Below, in pieces: positions 21,463 through 31,751 of a stretch of 64,000 bases of DNA. Every line of letters begins with the position of its first letter. Position 1 is the first letter of the stretch. The stretch is taken from positions 192,001-256,000 of the forward strand of contig JBBQFN010000002.1 in the NCBI GenBank assembly GCA_038321985.1, written 5' to 3'. The notes below the pieces were generated by a model. The model saw only the letters and a list, made by a program, of their open reading frames with translations. It did no database searches and had not been told where the DNA came from. The translations under genes were made by a program, and so were the position numbers. This DNA is from Cyanophyceae cyanobacterium. GTDB taxonomy: Bacteria > Cyanobacteriota > Cyanobacteriia > Cyanobacteriales > Laspinemataceae.

Positions 21463-23448
21463 ATGGTACGCCAAAATGAAGGGTTTGTTGAAAAAAAACA
21501 CGAATCTAAAAGATTAAATCACAGTAGGAGCGCTGTGTTTACCCAATTCTTGCGCCAGATTCAGAAAATAGTACCCGATCTGACGGGGGTAGCGGTGGTC
21601 GGGATGGCGACCCTTTGTAGCACCGGCTTAGTGCTGGGAATCAGGGGACTCGGAGGTTTGCAGCCTTGGGAACTGATGGTTTTTGATCGGATGATCCAGT
21701 GGCGTGCCGACGAACCCCCGGATCCTCGGATCACGGTGGTGACCCTCGGCGAAGAAGATATCCAAGCCCAAAGATGGCCCCTATCTGACCGCACCTTGGC
21801 TCAGGTATTGGAGAACTTGCAACGATATGAACCCGTGGCGATCGGCTTGGACCTGTATCGGGATCTGCCCCAACCCCCCGGTCATCCCGAACTGCTCAAG
21901 CAATTAGAAGCCCCCAATGTCATTGCGATTAGAAACGATTCCCCAGGGGTAAACCCACCCCCCAGCATCCCGGAAGAACGCATCGGCTTTAATGACTTAG
22001 TAAGCGATCCCGATAGCCCCATTCGCCGAAATTTAATGAGCTTCGTGCTGAATGAGAAAACTAATTTTTCTTTTTCCCTACAACTGGCGAAGCTTTATTT
22101 AGGGGAGAAAGGGTTTTTTCCAAAACCGAGTGAAACCCAAGCGGGCCAAATCCTTTGGGGAAAAGCAGTATTAGAGCCGTTGCAGTCCAATTCCGGGGGT
22201 TATACTCACTTGGATGCTCAAGGCTTCCAGATCTTACTGAATTATCGGTCTCGGAGGGAAGTGGCCCAGACCATTTCCCTCTCTGACGTCCTCGCCGATC
22301 GCATGGAGCCCGAATGGATTAAGAATAAAATTATCGTCGTTGGAACCACCGCCCCGAGCATCAAAGATGTTCACTATACCCCCTATAGTTCGCGAGAGAA
22401 CAATCCATTTATGCCTGGGGTCTTGGTTCATACTCAAATGCTCAGTCAGTTGATCAGCGCCGTCTTAGACGGACGGCCTTTGTTTTGGGTTTGGCCGGAA
22501 TGGGCAGAAGTGATCTGGCTTTTAGGCTGGGTTATGGTCGGAGGGGCTACCGCTTGGTTAATTCGTCATCCGTTAATTTTGCCCCTGGTCACTGGGGCCT
22601 GTGGGGGAAGTTTATTTATAACGAGTTGGATTCTGTTTACCCAAGCGGGTTGGGTACCCGTCGTGACGCCCCTGCTGGGCTTGGCAATCGCCGCAGGGGG
22701 TGTGGTGGCCTTTCGGGCTTATCAGTCGGGACAGCAACAACAAATCGTCATGAAACTCTTAGGACAAAACACCTCCCCAGAAATTGCCAATGCTCTTTGG
22801 GAAAACCGCGATCGCCTCCTCAAAGATGGCAAACTTCCCGGTCAAAAACTGACCGCAACCATGCTATTTACGGACCTCAAGGACTTCAGCACCATCTCAG
22901 AACAAATGCCCCCTGAAGCCCTGTTAGAGTGGTTAAACGAATATTTGGACGTTCTGAGCCAAGTGGTGCAAGAACATCAAGGCATTATTAACAAGTTTAC
23001 CGGCGATGGCATTATGGCAGCGTTTGGGGTTCCCCTCCCTCGTCAGTCCAGTGCAGATATCGCCCGCGATGCCCGCAACGCCGTCGCTTCGGGACTGGCA
23101 ATGGCCGATCGCCTTCAAGAACTCAACCGAAACTGGCAAAAACGCGGCTTACCCGTGATTCAGATGCGGGTCGGAATTTTTACCGGGGCCGTGGTTGCCG
23201 GGAGCTTAGGAGGGAAGGAACGGCAAGAATACGGCATTATCGGCGATAGCGTTAACATCGCCTCTCGCTTAGAAAGCTGTGAGAAAGACCGGCAATCTAG
23301 TATTTGTCGTGTGCTGATCGCCCACGAAACTCTCATCCATATCCAAGACGAGTTTTTTGTGGAACACTGGGGACCCCTGTCTCTCAAAGGTAAGCAGCAA
23401 ACCGTTGATGTCTACCGCGTGGTTGCTCGTCGCAACCCGACGCCCTAG
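21463..23448 (+). CDS. CHASE2-domain class III adenylate/guanylate cyclase
   Basis: CHASE2 motifs (WPLSD, AIGLDLYRD, MPGV..H), three TM helices, FTDLKDFS, KFTGDG, IGDSVNIASRLE. Confidence 0.93.
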   Translation: MVRQNEGFVEKKHESKRLNHSRSAVFTQFLRQIQKIVPDLTGVAVVGMATLCSTGLVLGIRGLGGLQPWELMVFDRMIQWRADEPPDPRITVVTLGEEDIQAQRWPLSDRTLAQVLENLQRYEPVAIGLDLYRDLPQPPGHPELLKQLEAPNVIAIRNDSPGVNPPPSIPEERIGFNDLVSDPDSPIRRNLMSFVLNEKTNFSFSLQLAKLYLGEKGFFPKPSETQAGQILWGKAVLEPLQSNSGGYTHLDAQGFQILLNYRSRREVAQTISLSDVLADRMEPEWIKNKIIVVGTTAPSIKDVHYTPYSSRENNPFMPGVLVHTQMLSQLISAVLDGRPLFWVWPEWAEVIWLLGWVMVGGATAWLIRHPLILPLVTGACGGSLFITSWILFTQAGWVPVVTPLLGLAIAAGGVVAFRAYQSGQQQQIVMKLLGQNTSPEIANALWENRDRLLKDGKLPGQKLTATMLFTDLKDFSTISEQMPPEALLEWLNEYLDVLSQVVQEHQGIINKFTGDGIMAAFGVPLPRQSSADIARDARNAVASGLAMADRLQELNRNWQKRGLPVIQMRVGIFTGAVVAGSLGGKERQEYGIIGDSVNIASRLESCEKDRQSSICRVLIAHETLIHIQDEFFVEHWGPLSLKGKQQTVDVYRVVARRNPTP

Positions 23449-23860
23449 ACAGACTCTCTCTAATCGGGCTATCTCTATTCCGGAGAATGGCCCGATTGCC
23501 CGAATAGGAAATAGGGGAGGAACATTCCCTCAAGTAATCAGTCAATACTGATCAGACTTTTTAATACTTTCAAAGGCATCCTCCTATTGGAGAATCCCCC
23601 CGGGACAACGAACCGGAGTAAAGCAGGGGGAGGCAGGGAATGCCGTACCGAGTTAAGGATTGAAATTAGGAAGGCAACCGACTTAAGACAATCAAATTTG
23701 TAAAATGACTAAAAGGGTAGGGCGGATCCAACAGAAGAATTGGCACAAAAAAAAGTGAACGCGATCGAGGGCTATAGAATCAATCAGCAATTTTTTAATG
23801 CATTGATTCCTCAAGAAAGGTTTATAGAAACCTCTTGTGAGCGATCGCGATCGCAGTGCT

Positions 23861-23902
23861 TATGACATAAGTCACAGTCTGTTTAGACAGAACTACTACA
23901 AT
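23861..23902 (+). promoter_or_regulatory. Putative CRP-family box plus -10 element upstream of the DUF928 gene
   Basis: TATGA-N6-TCACA at 23861-23876 (one mismatch to TGTGA-N6-TCACA); TACAAT at 23897-23902 after a 20-bp spacer. Confidence 0.45.
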
Positions 23903-23961
23903 TAATTTAGTCATTAGACTCCATCCAATCAATAGATCTGCACAATAAGGGAGAACCGAAT

Positions 23962-24831
23962 ATGATGTTTAAGATAAAATATTGGACTCCACCAATACTG
24001 GCGAGTATTGCAGTGGGTCTACAGGTGTTGACCTGGGGATCCATGCCAGGGACCGCAGCGGAATTTGTTCCTCCCGATAATGTGGGTGCACCGAGAGGGC
24101 GTGTGGGCGGAGGTACTCGCGGTGGGGGGGGTCCTTTCGATCAAGTGGCTCCCGGCGCTCCTGGACGACGGATTGGAGGGGGTAGTCGTGGCTGTAGCGT
24201 AACCGGCGATCGCCCAAACGATCAGGCATTAACGGCATTGGTCCCGGAAACGACAATGGGATTAACCGTAGAAGCCTTTCCGACATTCTTCTGGTATTTG
24301 CCGCCCACTTCAGCTACGGGAGTGGAGTTCGTGCTGATGGATGAAAAGGGCGAAAAAGTCATTTATGAAACTACTTTTCGCACGAAAGGTGAAGCGGGAA
24401 TCGTCAGTTTAAACCTGCCCGAAAATGCTAGCCTCCCCCCATTAGACGTTAATCAAAATTATCGCTGGTACTTTTCTATTATTTGTAACCCCGAAGATCG
24501 GGCGGCGGATGTTTATGTGCAAGGCTGGATTCGCCGCGTAGAAGCAAATCAAGGCTTAACTGAGGAGTTAGCGGCGACCTCATCTGACATCCAACGGGTT
24601 CAAGTTTATGCTCGCAACGGCATTTGGCATGAGGCGATCGCCTTGCTGGCTACCCTGCGCCGCACCAATCCGAATAATGCTGATATCAGAACCGAGTGGC
24701 AAGAACTGATTAATTCAATTCAACTCCAAAACATAGCTGAAGCCCCCCTCGTTCAAGAGGTAACCGTAGAAATTCAGGAGGGTCAACAAAGTCGATCCCC
24801 AGAACCCCCCGCTGAAAGCAGTGCATTTTAA
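23962..24831 (+). CDS. DUF928 family exported protein
   Basis: Signal peptide; GAP..R.GGG.RG motifs; LTALVP, PTFFWYLP, YRWYFSIIC, YARNGIWHEA. Confidence 0.9.
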   Translation: MMFKIKYWTPPILASIAVGLQVLTWGSMPGTAAEFVPPDNVGAPRGRVGGGTRGGGGPFDQVAPGAPGRRIGGGSRGCSVTGDRPNDQALTALVPETTMGLTVEAFPTFFWYLPPTSATGVEFVLMDEKGEKVIYETTFRTKGEAGIVSLNLPENASLPPLDVNQNYRWYFSIICNPEDRAADVYVQGWIRRVEANQGLTEELAATSSDIQRVQVYARNGIWHEAIALLATLRRTNPNNADIRTEWQELINSIQLQNIAEAPLVQEVTVEIQEGQQSRSPEPPAESSAF

Positions 24832-24885
24832 CGGCAATTTCTAAAGGGGACTGTTGAAGGATGGAACGGGATGATTTAAGAAAGC

Positions 24886-24907
24886 GGGGATGAAATCCCT
24901 CATCCCC
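24886..24907. terminator. Hairpin between the convergent DUF928 and TPR genes
   Basis: ggggatga-aatccc-tcatcccc, 8-bp stem. Confidence 0.45.
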
Positions 24908-24939
24908 ACAATCTCCCCGACCTCCCCAAGTTTTTATAA

Positions 24940-26055
24940 TTAAGGATTAAGCTCGGTCAGAAGGGCTTCTACTTTTTGCAAGGCTTCGGTTTCACCCTGC
25001 TGCTTATAAAGGTCGCGGGCTTTTATAAATTGCTCGATCGCCTCGGAGATGCGATCGCGGCCTTTTAAAGCGAGGCCGAGATTATAATAAGCGTCAGCAT
25101 TATCTGGAGCAAGTTGCGTTAAGCGACGGTAGGCTACAATCGCCTGTAAGTATTCTTGCTGCTGAAGATGAATATCGGCGATCGCCATCTGAGGTTCTAT
25201 TAAATCGGGGGCCAAACTTGCGGCACGTTGATAGGTGCCCAGGGCTTCCGTCATTTGACCCTGGTCCTCGAGAATCTTGGCGATCGCTAACTGAAGCTGG
25301 GCATTTCGGGGCTCCAACTGTGCAGCTTGTGTAAAGGTGTTCAACGCTTCACTCGTCTTTCCCTGGGTCAGAAACGCCACCCCTAAAATCATCTGAACGC
25401 TGCCTTGTCGGGGTGCCAACGCTGCCGCCTGTTCCAGTGCTGTAATCGCCTCATCAATCCGTCCCTGCTGGAGTAGCGCCGTTCCAATCGACTCATAGGC
25501 TTGCCAGTATCTGGTATCGCGACTGGTGACCTGTTGAAATACCTGTAACGCTCCCTCATAGTCCTCTTGGCGCAACAGGACCACCCCTAAGCCAATGTGG
25601 GCATTGAGGTTATCCGGATCCAGTTGCGCTGCTCGTCGGTAGGCAAGGGAGGCGGCGTCATTATTTCCCAAATTTGCCAAGGCATAGCCCAGGGCATATT
25701 GGAAATCTGCATTCTCCGGTTCTAGAGAAGTCGCCTGTTCAAAGGCATTGACAGCGGCTTCAAAGTTTTGCTGAGTAGCTTGTAAAAAGCCAATTCCAGA
25801 AAAAATCCGCGCATTGTCACCATCTAAGTTGGCAGCTTGTAAATAAACTTGGATTGCATTGGTATAGTCTCCTGCATCCACAAATTCTCGCCCTTGTCGC
25901 AATAGTTCATTAATCTCTCGGTTGAGATCTGGGTTGTTCTGTTCCGCCTGTGCTAAAAACAGAGGTTCGGTTGCACCTAGGCTAACCGATGGGGTGATGA
26001 TGCTGATTCCTCCTAAAAACAGGAGACTCACTAACAAAGCGTTCAGTTTTTGCAC
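24940..26055 (-). CDS. Exported tetratricopeptide-repeat protein
   Basis: Signal peptide followed by about 9 tandem 34-aa TPR units. Confidence 0.9.
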   Translation of the reverse strand: MQKLNALLVSLLFLGGISIITPSVSLGATEPLFLAQAEQNNPDLNREINELLRQGREFVDAGDYTNAIQVYLQAANLDGDNARIFSGIGFLQATQQNFEAAVNAFEQATSLEPENADFQYALGYALANLGNNDAASLAYRRAAQLDPDNLNAHIGLGVVLLRQEDYEGALQVFQQVTSRDTRYWQAYESIGTALLQQGRIDEAITALEQAAALAPRQGSVQMILGVAFLTQGKTSEALNTFTQAAQLEPRNAQLQLAIAKILEDQGQMTEALGTYQRAASLAPDLIEPQMAIADIHLQQQEYLQAIVAYRRLTQLAPDNADAYYNLGLALKGRDRISEAIEQFIKARDLYKQQGETEALQKVEALLTELNP

Positions 26056-26455
26056 GGCCTAACTTCTCTTGTTTTACGATGATTGCTAGAGATTACAAGA
26101 ATGGTCCTCTGTTACCGGGAACAGAAAAAGCCAAAAAACGCCTTAACGCCCCCAGAGGGAACAGGAGGGTCCCCTATCTCCAGAGCGAATGGAGGGGCCA
26201 GGAGCCGGGTAAATTCTAGGAACTCTGATTCTAACAACAACGGATCTGATTTTAAGCGGGGGTTGTCGAATCCTATTCTAGGGATTTTAACGGCAGAAGC
26301 GGTGGATGAGCGCAATGGACCCAGAAATATTTTTAAAAAGGAATGGGAAACTGATTGCTGGGGACATCGGATCTCCTCCGCAAATGTTTCGTTGCCGGGG
26401 GTCCTAGAGTGGGTATAGAGGGACGCCTCCTCCTAAACTGCAACTGATGACATCC

Positions 26456-28348
26456 TTAACGATTTTGCTCTTCCCGATTTCGCGAAAATCTGCTCTCTTG
26501 GAAGGAACTGCCAATGCCTTGAAGAATGCCTCGACCAATTAAACCAATTCCTTTTCCGAGTTGAATCAGCAAGTAGCGAGCACTATCCCCCACAGAGAGC
26601 AAAACCCCTTTGATACGCGGGGAGATGGCATCGCGGGTTTCTAACAGCAACGTGACCCAAAGTCGCGGTCCTTTTAATCCGACTAATTCTTTTCGCCGTG
26701 GGGAATAAATTTGAATTTTTTTAATCCCTCGGTCTTCAAAAATATAGAGCCAATATCGACTTTCAAAGATGGCGGTAGGTTCAACCCAGAGATTTTGACG
26801 CCGATATTTCCATGATAAATCGTTTCTAAATCGTTCGATTTCTCGGGTGGATAGCCACTGTTTATCCAAAAAATTTAATTTAATTTCTTCTACATCGGCT
26901 ACGTGATTTAATAGCGGTTGGATGACCGCATTGGCAATCTGAATAATAAGGTTTTCTAGTAAGGCAGCAGCGCGATCAAGGGATTTGGGGTCTTCCGGGG
27001 GGTAGGTGACATTTTCAATCGCAAAAGGAATTTGATAGAGGAGATAGGCCAATAAATCTAGAACGAGGGGGATTTTATTTAATAAAGCGCTCTCGACAAT
27101 TTCTATTTCTTCTAGTAAAAAAGGTACAAGGTCAAACTCGCCGAGGGCGGAGGGGTGAGAACTCGTCAATCCGAGGGTAATGGAATAGTATTTACCAAAA
27201 TAGGCGGTGACAGACATTTCCCATAAGTCGCGGACGATGCGATCGCGTTTAGCGGGGAGTTCGGTTGCTTGAACTTGAGCATACCGCAGTTGCGTCAAAA
27301 TTTCTTCAAATTGGTGCAATACTGTGTAGAGCAACTCTTGCTTTTTGTCGAGGTGCAAGATATCAATTTCTAGAACGGTATCGGTGAGATTTGCCAAGGG
27401 GGTATTGATTTTCTGAGCGATCGCCTCTAGGAGTTGCCGAGGCAGGGGAACGGGGCTGAGTTCTGAATCCGTGGGGGGTAACAACTCGGCAGCAGAAGCC
27501 CTCACCACAGGATAGCGATTGCCCGACGGTTGGGGACGATTGGCTCGTTCTAAGGGTCGGGAAATGCCGTTAGGTTCCCGGGAAGAATTGAATTGAGGAG
27601 GGCGATCGCGAGGGGTTTGTGATACAGGCGGTGGCGGTTCGCTCACAGGTGGAGCCAATAACTTGTTCACCATCCAACGAGCGGTGAGCAGTTCTCGGCG
27701 TCGGCCCTCCCAAAACAAGCGGTCAAAGTCCGATAAGCGATCATGTTGCAGATGCATATCGATCTGGCGAATTTCCCCATCAATTTGACGTAAGCCCGAG
27801 CGTCGCACGTCTTCGAGCAGAACTCCAATCACTCCACCCCGCCTAGAAATGCCCGAGCTTTGCCCCGTCGTCGAGACCCGAATATTCCCAACTCTATCCC
27901 AATAGCTTTCCCCCGCTGCCACGGCACAAATCGCCTGAATCAGTTCCGATCCTGCTATGCCTTTGCCGCAGTATCCCTTGACATTACTGAGATACTCAGC
28001 CGCTCCAGGGTTAGGCTGGGCACCTCTACCCAACAACAACACCGGAACTTGAGGGTATCGTTCCCACAGTTCTGCGATGCAGGTTAAACTCGTTCCCCCT
28101 GAGGGATCCGGGCGGCCTAAGTCCAGGTCCAACAGCACCAGATCAACGGGGCGATCGGGGCTGGGTGGTTCGGGGGCCGAGGGGTCAGCCGAAGTTGCCA
28201 GAGTAGAAAGGGTCTCTAACGCACGAGTCCCATCCGTGCTTTGACCCACCACTTGCAGATCGGTTGATTGCTCACACAAGCTTGCCAGACCCAATAAGAA
28301 AATCGGATCCTGATCAATCAATAGCAGTTTAAAAGCGGGGTGACTCAC
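26456..28348 (-). CDS. Ycf55-like protein: receiver domain plus DUF3685
   Basis: N-terminal LLLIDQDPIF...VLLD receiver; C-terminal STREIERFRNDLSW, AIFESRY, ETRDAISPR. Confidence 0.85.
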   Translation of the reverse strand: MSHPAFKLLLIDQDPIFLLGLASLCEQSTDLQVVGQSTDGTRALETLSTLATSADPSAPEPPSPDRPVDLVLLDLDLGRPDPSGGTSLTCIAELWERYPQVPVLLLGRGAQPNPGAAEYLSNVKGYCGKGIAGSELIQAICAVAAGESYWDRVGNIRVSTTGQSSGISRRGGVIGVLLEDVRRSGLRQIDGEIRQIDMHLQHDRLSDFDRLFWEGRRRELLTARWMVNKLLAPPVSEPPPPVSQTPRDRPPQFNSSREPNGISRPLERANRPQPSGNRYPVVRASAAELLPPTDSELSPVPLPRQLLEAIAQKINTPLANLTDTVLEIDILHLDKKQELLYTVLHQFEEILTQLRYAQVQATELPAKRDRIVRDLWEMSVTAYFGKYYSITLGLTSSHPSALGEFDLVPFLLEEIEIVESALLNKIPLVLDLLAYLLYQIPFAIENVTYPPEDPKSLDRAAALLENLIIQIANAVIQPLLNHVADVEEIKLNFLDKQWLSTREIERFRNDLSWKYRRQNLWVEPTAIFESRYWLYIFEDRGIKKIQIYSPRRKELVGLKGPRLWVTLLLETRDAISPRIKGVLLSVGDSARYLLIQLGKGIGLIGRGILQGIGSSFQESRFSRNREEQNR

Positions 28349-28489
28349 GGCAAGAATCAGTTAAAGGGCGTGGACAGGGGAGCCAACACGGAATTTTCCA
28401 GATGCCCCGAGTGCGGTCGTGGATTTCTAAATCCCATTGTGACGCACAAACGCTGGATTTTATTCCGCCATGACTCCACAGAGGCAATC

Positions 28490-30877
28490 TTATTCAATCC
28501 CGTCAACTGGCAACGCATCAAACGAGTCTTGAGCACTGGAGGCTGGAGCCGAGTCTTCATAGGCCGGTGCTGGCTCCTCATAGTAGGAAGTGGGTTCTTC
28601 ATAGTAGGGTTCCGGAGCTTGATAGGCCGCTGCGGGTGGTTCATAGTAAGGCTCGGGTTCCTCATAGTAAGGTTCCGGCTCTTGATAAACTGGCGCTGGC
28701 TCCTGGTAAACCGGCTCTTGGTAGTAAGGTTCCGGCTCTTGGTAGACGGGAGCAGGTTCTTGATAGACGGCGGCTGGTTCTTGGTAGACGGGAGCGGGTT
28801 CTTGGTAGACGGGAGCGGGTTCTTGATAGACGGGAGCGGGTTCTTGATAGACGGGAGCGGGAGCTTGATAGGAGGAGGAAGAGGACCGGGCGGCTTCAGC
28901 TTCCCGGGCGGCATAGATGGCATCTAGTTGGGCATTCCAACGAGAGATAGCGGTTCGCGCTTCAGAATACAGGGCACGACCCGAGCCAATTTTAGCGGCA
29001 GTATCGATCGCCTTGCCGAGACTCCCCTGGGCTGCCAAGGTGGCGGCTTGGTCCAGAATCGGTTGGTCTTCAGCGATTTGAATCTCGCTGACCCATTTTC
29101 CGATATTCTGGGATGCTTCTTTGTACAAGGCTCGACTGGAGCCAATTTTTTTGGCTTCGTTGATCGCTTGTTGGAGTTGGCCTGCTTGAGCTAGGGCCTG
29201 GGCGCTCGCTAGGATGGGTTGATCTTCGAGAGTTTGGACCTGTTTGTTCCATTGAGCAATCAGAGTTTGGGCCTCAATCCGCAGGGGGCGTCCCTGGGCT
29301 ACCTGTTGGGCCGAGCCGATCGCATTTTTCAAGGCTGTAATATTACTGGAGTCGGCGATCGCCTTGGCGGCGACGACATAGCCTCGGTCTTCAATCTGTT
29401 CGATTTCCTTACGCCATTGGGCGATCGGGGTTTGGGCGTCGAGACGTCCTGGACGATCCATTCCCACTATCTGGGCTTGGGCGATCGCCAACTGCATTAG
29501 GAGCGGGTGACGGAAACTCGCCACAGAGTTTGCCATCTGAACCTGAAACAGGTCCTCTTTGTGCTGAGTCCAGCGGGCCAGGTTTTCTTGAGCTTGGCTG
29601 TACAGGGGACTGTCTGATTGAATTTGACCGGCAAGGGTAGAGGCTTCTAGGTAAGTAAACAGGCGTTCGGGGATAGGTCCAGCCGGCTTGTCATTGTGAA
29701 CGAGCGACTGTGCTGAACTTAAAGTAATCAAGTCTTGAGTTTCCCCATAAACCGTCGTATCGGAGGGAATCCATTTAGCGGCTGAGATGGCTCCGTTAAA
29801 ATTGCCATTTTTGAAGCGATCTTTGGCGATCGCCAGCAATTCTGAACTCCAACGATTAATCTCCTTATTGGCTTCTTCCCGAACAAGTCGTTGGGGGTTA
29901 ATTTGCCTTGCTAGGTCTATGGCGCGGACTAACTCCTCAGCGCTGCGGGTATAAACCAAATAGCGGGCATCTTCTAACTGTTTCCACGCTTGCTTTTCAG
30001 CGGTAATTCCCTGCTGGAGTTCGGCATAGCGTGTGGAGCGCCAGTAGACGTTATCCAATTTGAGCAAATCTCGCATCTGATCTTCTACTGCGCTCCAGTT
30101 CCTAGCTTTCAGTGCTGCTTGAGCTTGATCGTAAATCGCTTTTCCTTTGTCCCAATCCGCCTCCCAAATTTGTAATTCTTGTTCGACTTGAGCGTACACC
30201 GGATTAGTTTTTGGAATTTTTTCAGCAATGGCATTTGCGCCATTCAAATCCCCGGCTAGAAATTTCTGCCGCGCTAGGTCCAGAATCAGAGCGGACCATT
30301 CTCCTACTAATTTATCCCCCTGACCTCTGAGAGGATGGTCGGAGGGCCAGCTTTCTACCAGTTCTATCCCGGCGACTAGCTGATCGAGTTCCCCGGTTTT
30401 AGCGGCATTTTGAATACAGTAGAGGCGATCGCGATCGGCAGAACCCACAGAGAGTGCATCGCAATCAATCGGGGGGGGCATGGTTAGCAACCACCGCAGG
30501 GACATCGCGCCCAAACTCGTAAAAGCCACCAGTAGACTCAGCCCGAGTAAATGCCATCCCCATAACAGACTGCGACCCTGGTTTTTTTGAGGTCTCGCAG
30601 AATTAGGGACCAGAGCACCCGTCTGGTTGTCGTCCTTATCTTTAAGTTTTTTCTTTTCCGGACGGCGTAATTTCAAGCTCCACCCCTTGCCGACTTTAGG
30701 AGGCTTTTGGGCCAATTCCTCTGCGGTGGGTAAGGTAGCGCCGGTTTTTGATTTATAACGCTGTGAGCCGCCACCCCATAAACGCTCGATGATCGCTGCT
30801 TTGATGCGTCCACCCCGCCGTCTACGAATCCGGTGGTTTGGCTGTGTACTGGATTGGTCAAATTCTTTTCTCACCAT
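28490..30877 (-). CDS. Conserved cyanobacterial membrane-anchored helical-repeat protein with a Tyr/Pro repeat tail
   Basis: Basic N-terminus, single TM helix, PPPIDC..RLYC, repeated A..I....P.Y..AQ..I..W units, C-terminal YQEPAPV repeats. Confidence 0.85.
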   Translation of the reverse strand: MVRKEFDQSSTQPNHRIRRRRGGRIKAAIIERLWGGGSQRYKSKTGATLPTAEELAQKPPKVGKGWSLKLRRPEKKKLKDKDDNQTGALVPNSARPQKNQGRSLLWGWHLLGLSLLVAFTSLGAMSLRWLLTMPPPIDCDALSVGSADRDRLYCIQNAAKTGELDQLVAGIELVESWPSDHPLRGQGDKLVGEWSALILDLARQKFLAGDLNGANAIAEKIPKTNPVYAQVEQELQIWEADWDKGKAIYDQAQAALKARNWSAVEDQMRDLLKLDNVYWRSTRYAELQQGITAEKQAWKQLEDARYLVYTRSAEELVRAIDLARQINPQRLVREEANKEINRWSSELLAIAKDRFKNGNFNGAISAAKWIPSDTTVYGETQDLITLSSAQSLVHNDKPAGPIPERLFTYLEASTLAGQIQSDSPLYSQAQENLARWTQHKEDLFQVQMANSVASFRHPLLMQLAIAQAQIVGMDRPGRLDAQTPIAQWRKEIEQIEDRGYVVAAKAIADSSNITALKNAIGSAQQVAQGRPLRIEAQTLIAQWNKQVQTLEDQPILASAQALAQAGQLQQAINEAKKIGSSRALYKEASQNIGKWVSEIQIAEDQPILDQAATLAAQGSLGKAIDTAAKIGSGRALYSEARTAISRWNAQLDAIYAAREAEAARSSSSSYQAPAPVYQEPAPVYQEPAPVYQEPAPVYQEPAAVYQEPAPVYQEPEPYYQEPVYQEPAPVYQEPEPYYEEPEPYYEPPAAAYQAPEPYYEEPTSYYEEPAPAYEDSAPASSAQDSFDALPVDGIE
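28541..28870 (-). repeat. Coding tandem repeat: 16 units, mostly 21 bp (YQEPAPV/YEEPEPY)
   Basis: Repeated gacgggagcgggttcttgata on the + strand; 330 bp = 15 heptads plus one 5-aa unit. Confidence 0.95.
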
Positions 30878-31751
30878 TGCTTCAGCCTGTCCCTACAATG
30901 CCGACTTGTATTGGCACGTCTTTCCACTTCTTGATTACCCGGTAGAGACGGGAAAATGTTGGGTCTCTCCAGTGTTGTTGCTGACCGATTAAGTCTACTC
31001 TTGATCGTCATACTTGCAAGCAATACCCGCCTTCTAAAGCATAAACAGCAATTGCTCGGTTGGGGATAAACCCAGATTTTACCTGATGGCTTTGATTCGT
31101 GCTAAAAACAGAGTTTTTTAAATACATCCGTCTCAAAAGCTTTTACCGTTTGCCGGATACCCCAGTTTCTGATTGAAACCGTCGCCTATATTAAGTCCCT
31201 ACAATTCAGGTCTTTGGTTATTGCTCGTTATAGGATAAACGATGAATTTAGTTTATAGGGTGTCGTCTTTTTTCATACATCACTTTCCAATCTGGATTTT
31301 CCGGGTCGAGGGGGGCTAAAGTTTCCCGTGAGCCGACTGAGGACCTAGAGCAGTTCCCACACCTCTAATGGAAACCTCTTACCGGCCAAAAATGCCAGAA
31401 ATATTGAACTCCTAGCTTTGATCGTTTCTCAAAGTCTAAAGTCTAAAGGAATTTTGTTCACGGCTCAACCCATTTAAGTTAGAGTTTTTACCCTAGCTGC
31501 CTAAAAGGGAGGGAAAGGAGGCATCGGCGGTGGAGATTTTGGGAAATCAAATCCCCAGACTTATCCCCAGCTGAATTCCTGGGGGGATTGGATTCCCTGG
31601 TTTCCAGAAATTAAACCTACGGCCTAAAGGGACTGAGTAGACTACGGGTGAATCGGCGAGTACCCTGTTTTTAGGGAGTTTTCCTCGAAAGGATGCACGA
31701 ACCCTCAGCAGGGAACCCTCCGGATTCCCCCGAATTGTCTGAGTGTGATGT

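Noticed and set aside
26083..26418. Intergenic ORFs (also 5868-6083, 21086-21403, 33281-33478, 34949-35230, 55243-55461)
   Set aside because: Non-ATG starts, no RBS and no recognisable protein features.
28340..28950. Three long overlapping ORFs (28340-28927 +, 28357-28923 -, 28567-28950 +)
   Set aside because: They are by-products of the 21-bp coding repeat, which leaves several frames stop-free.
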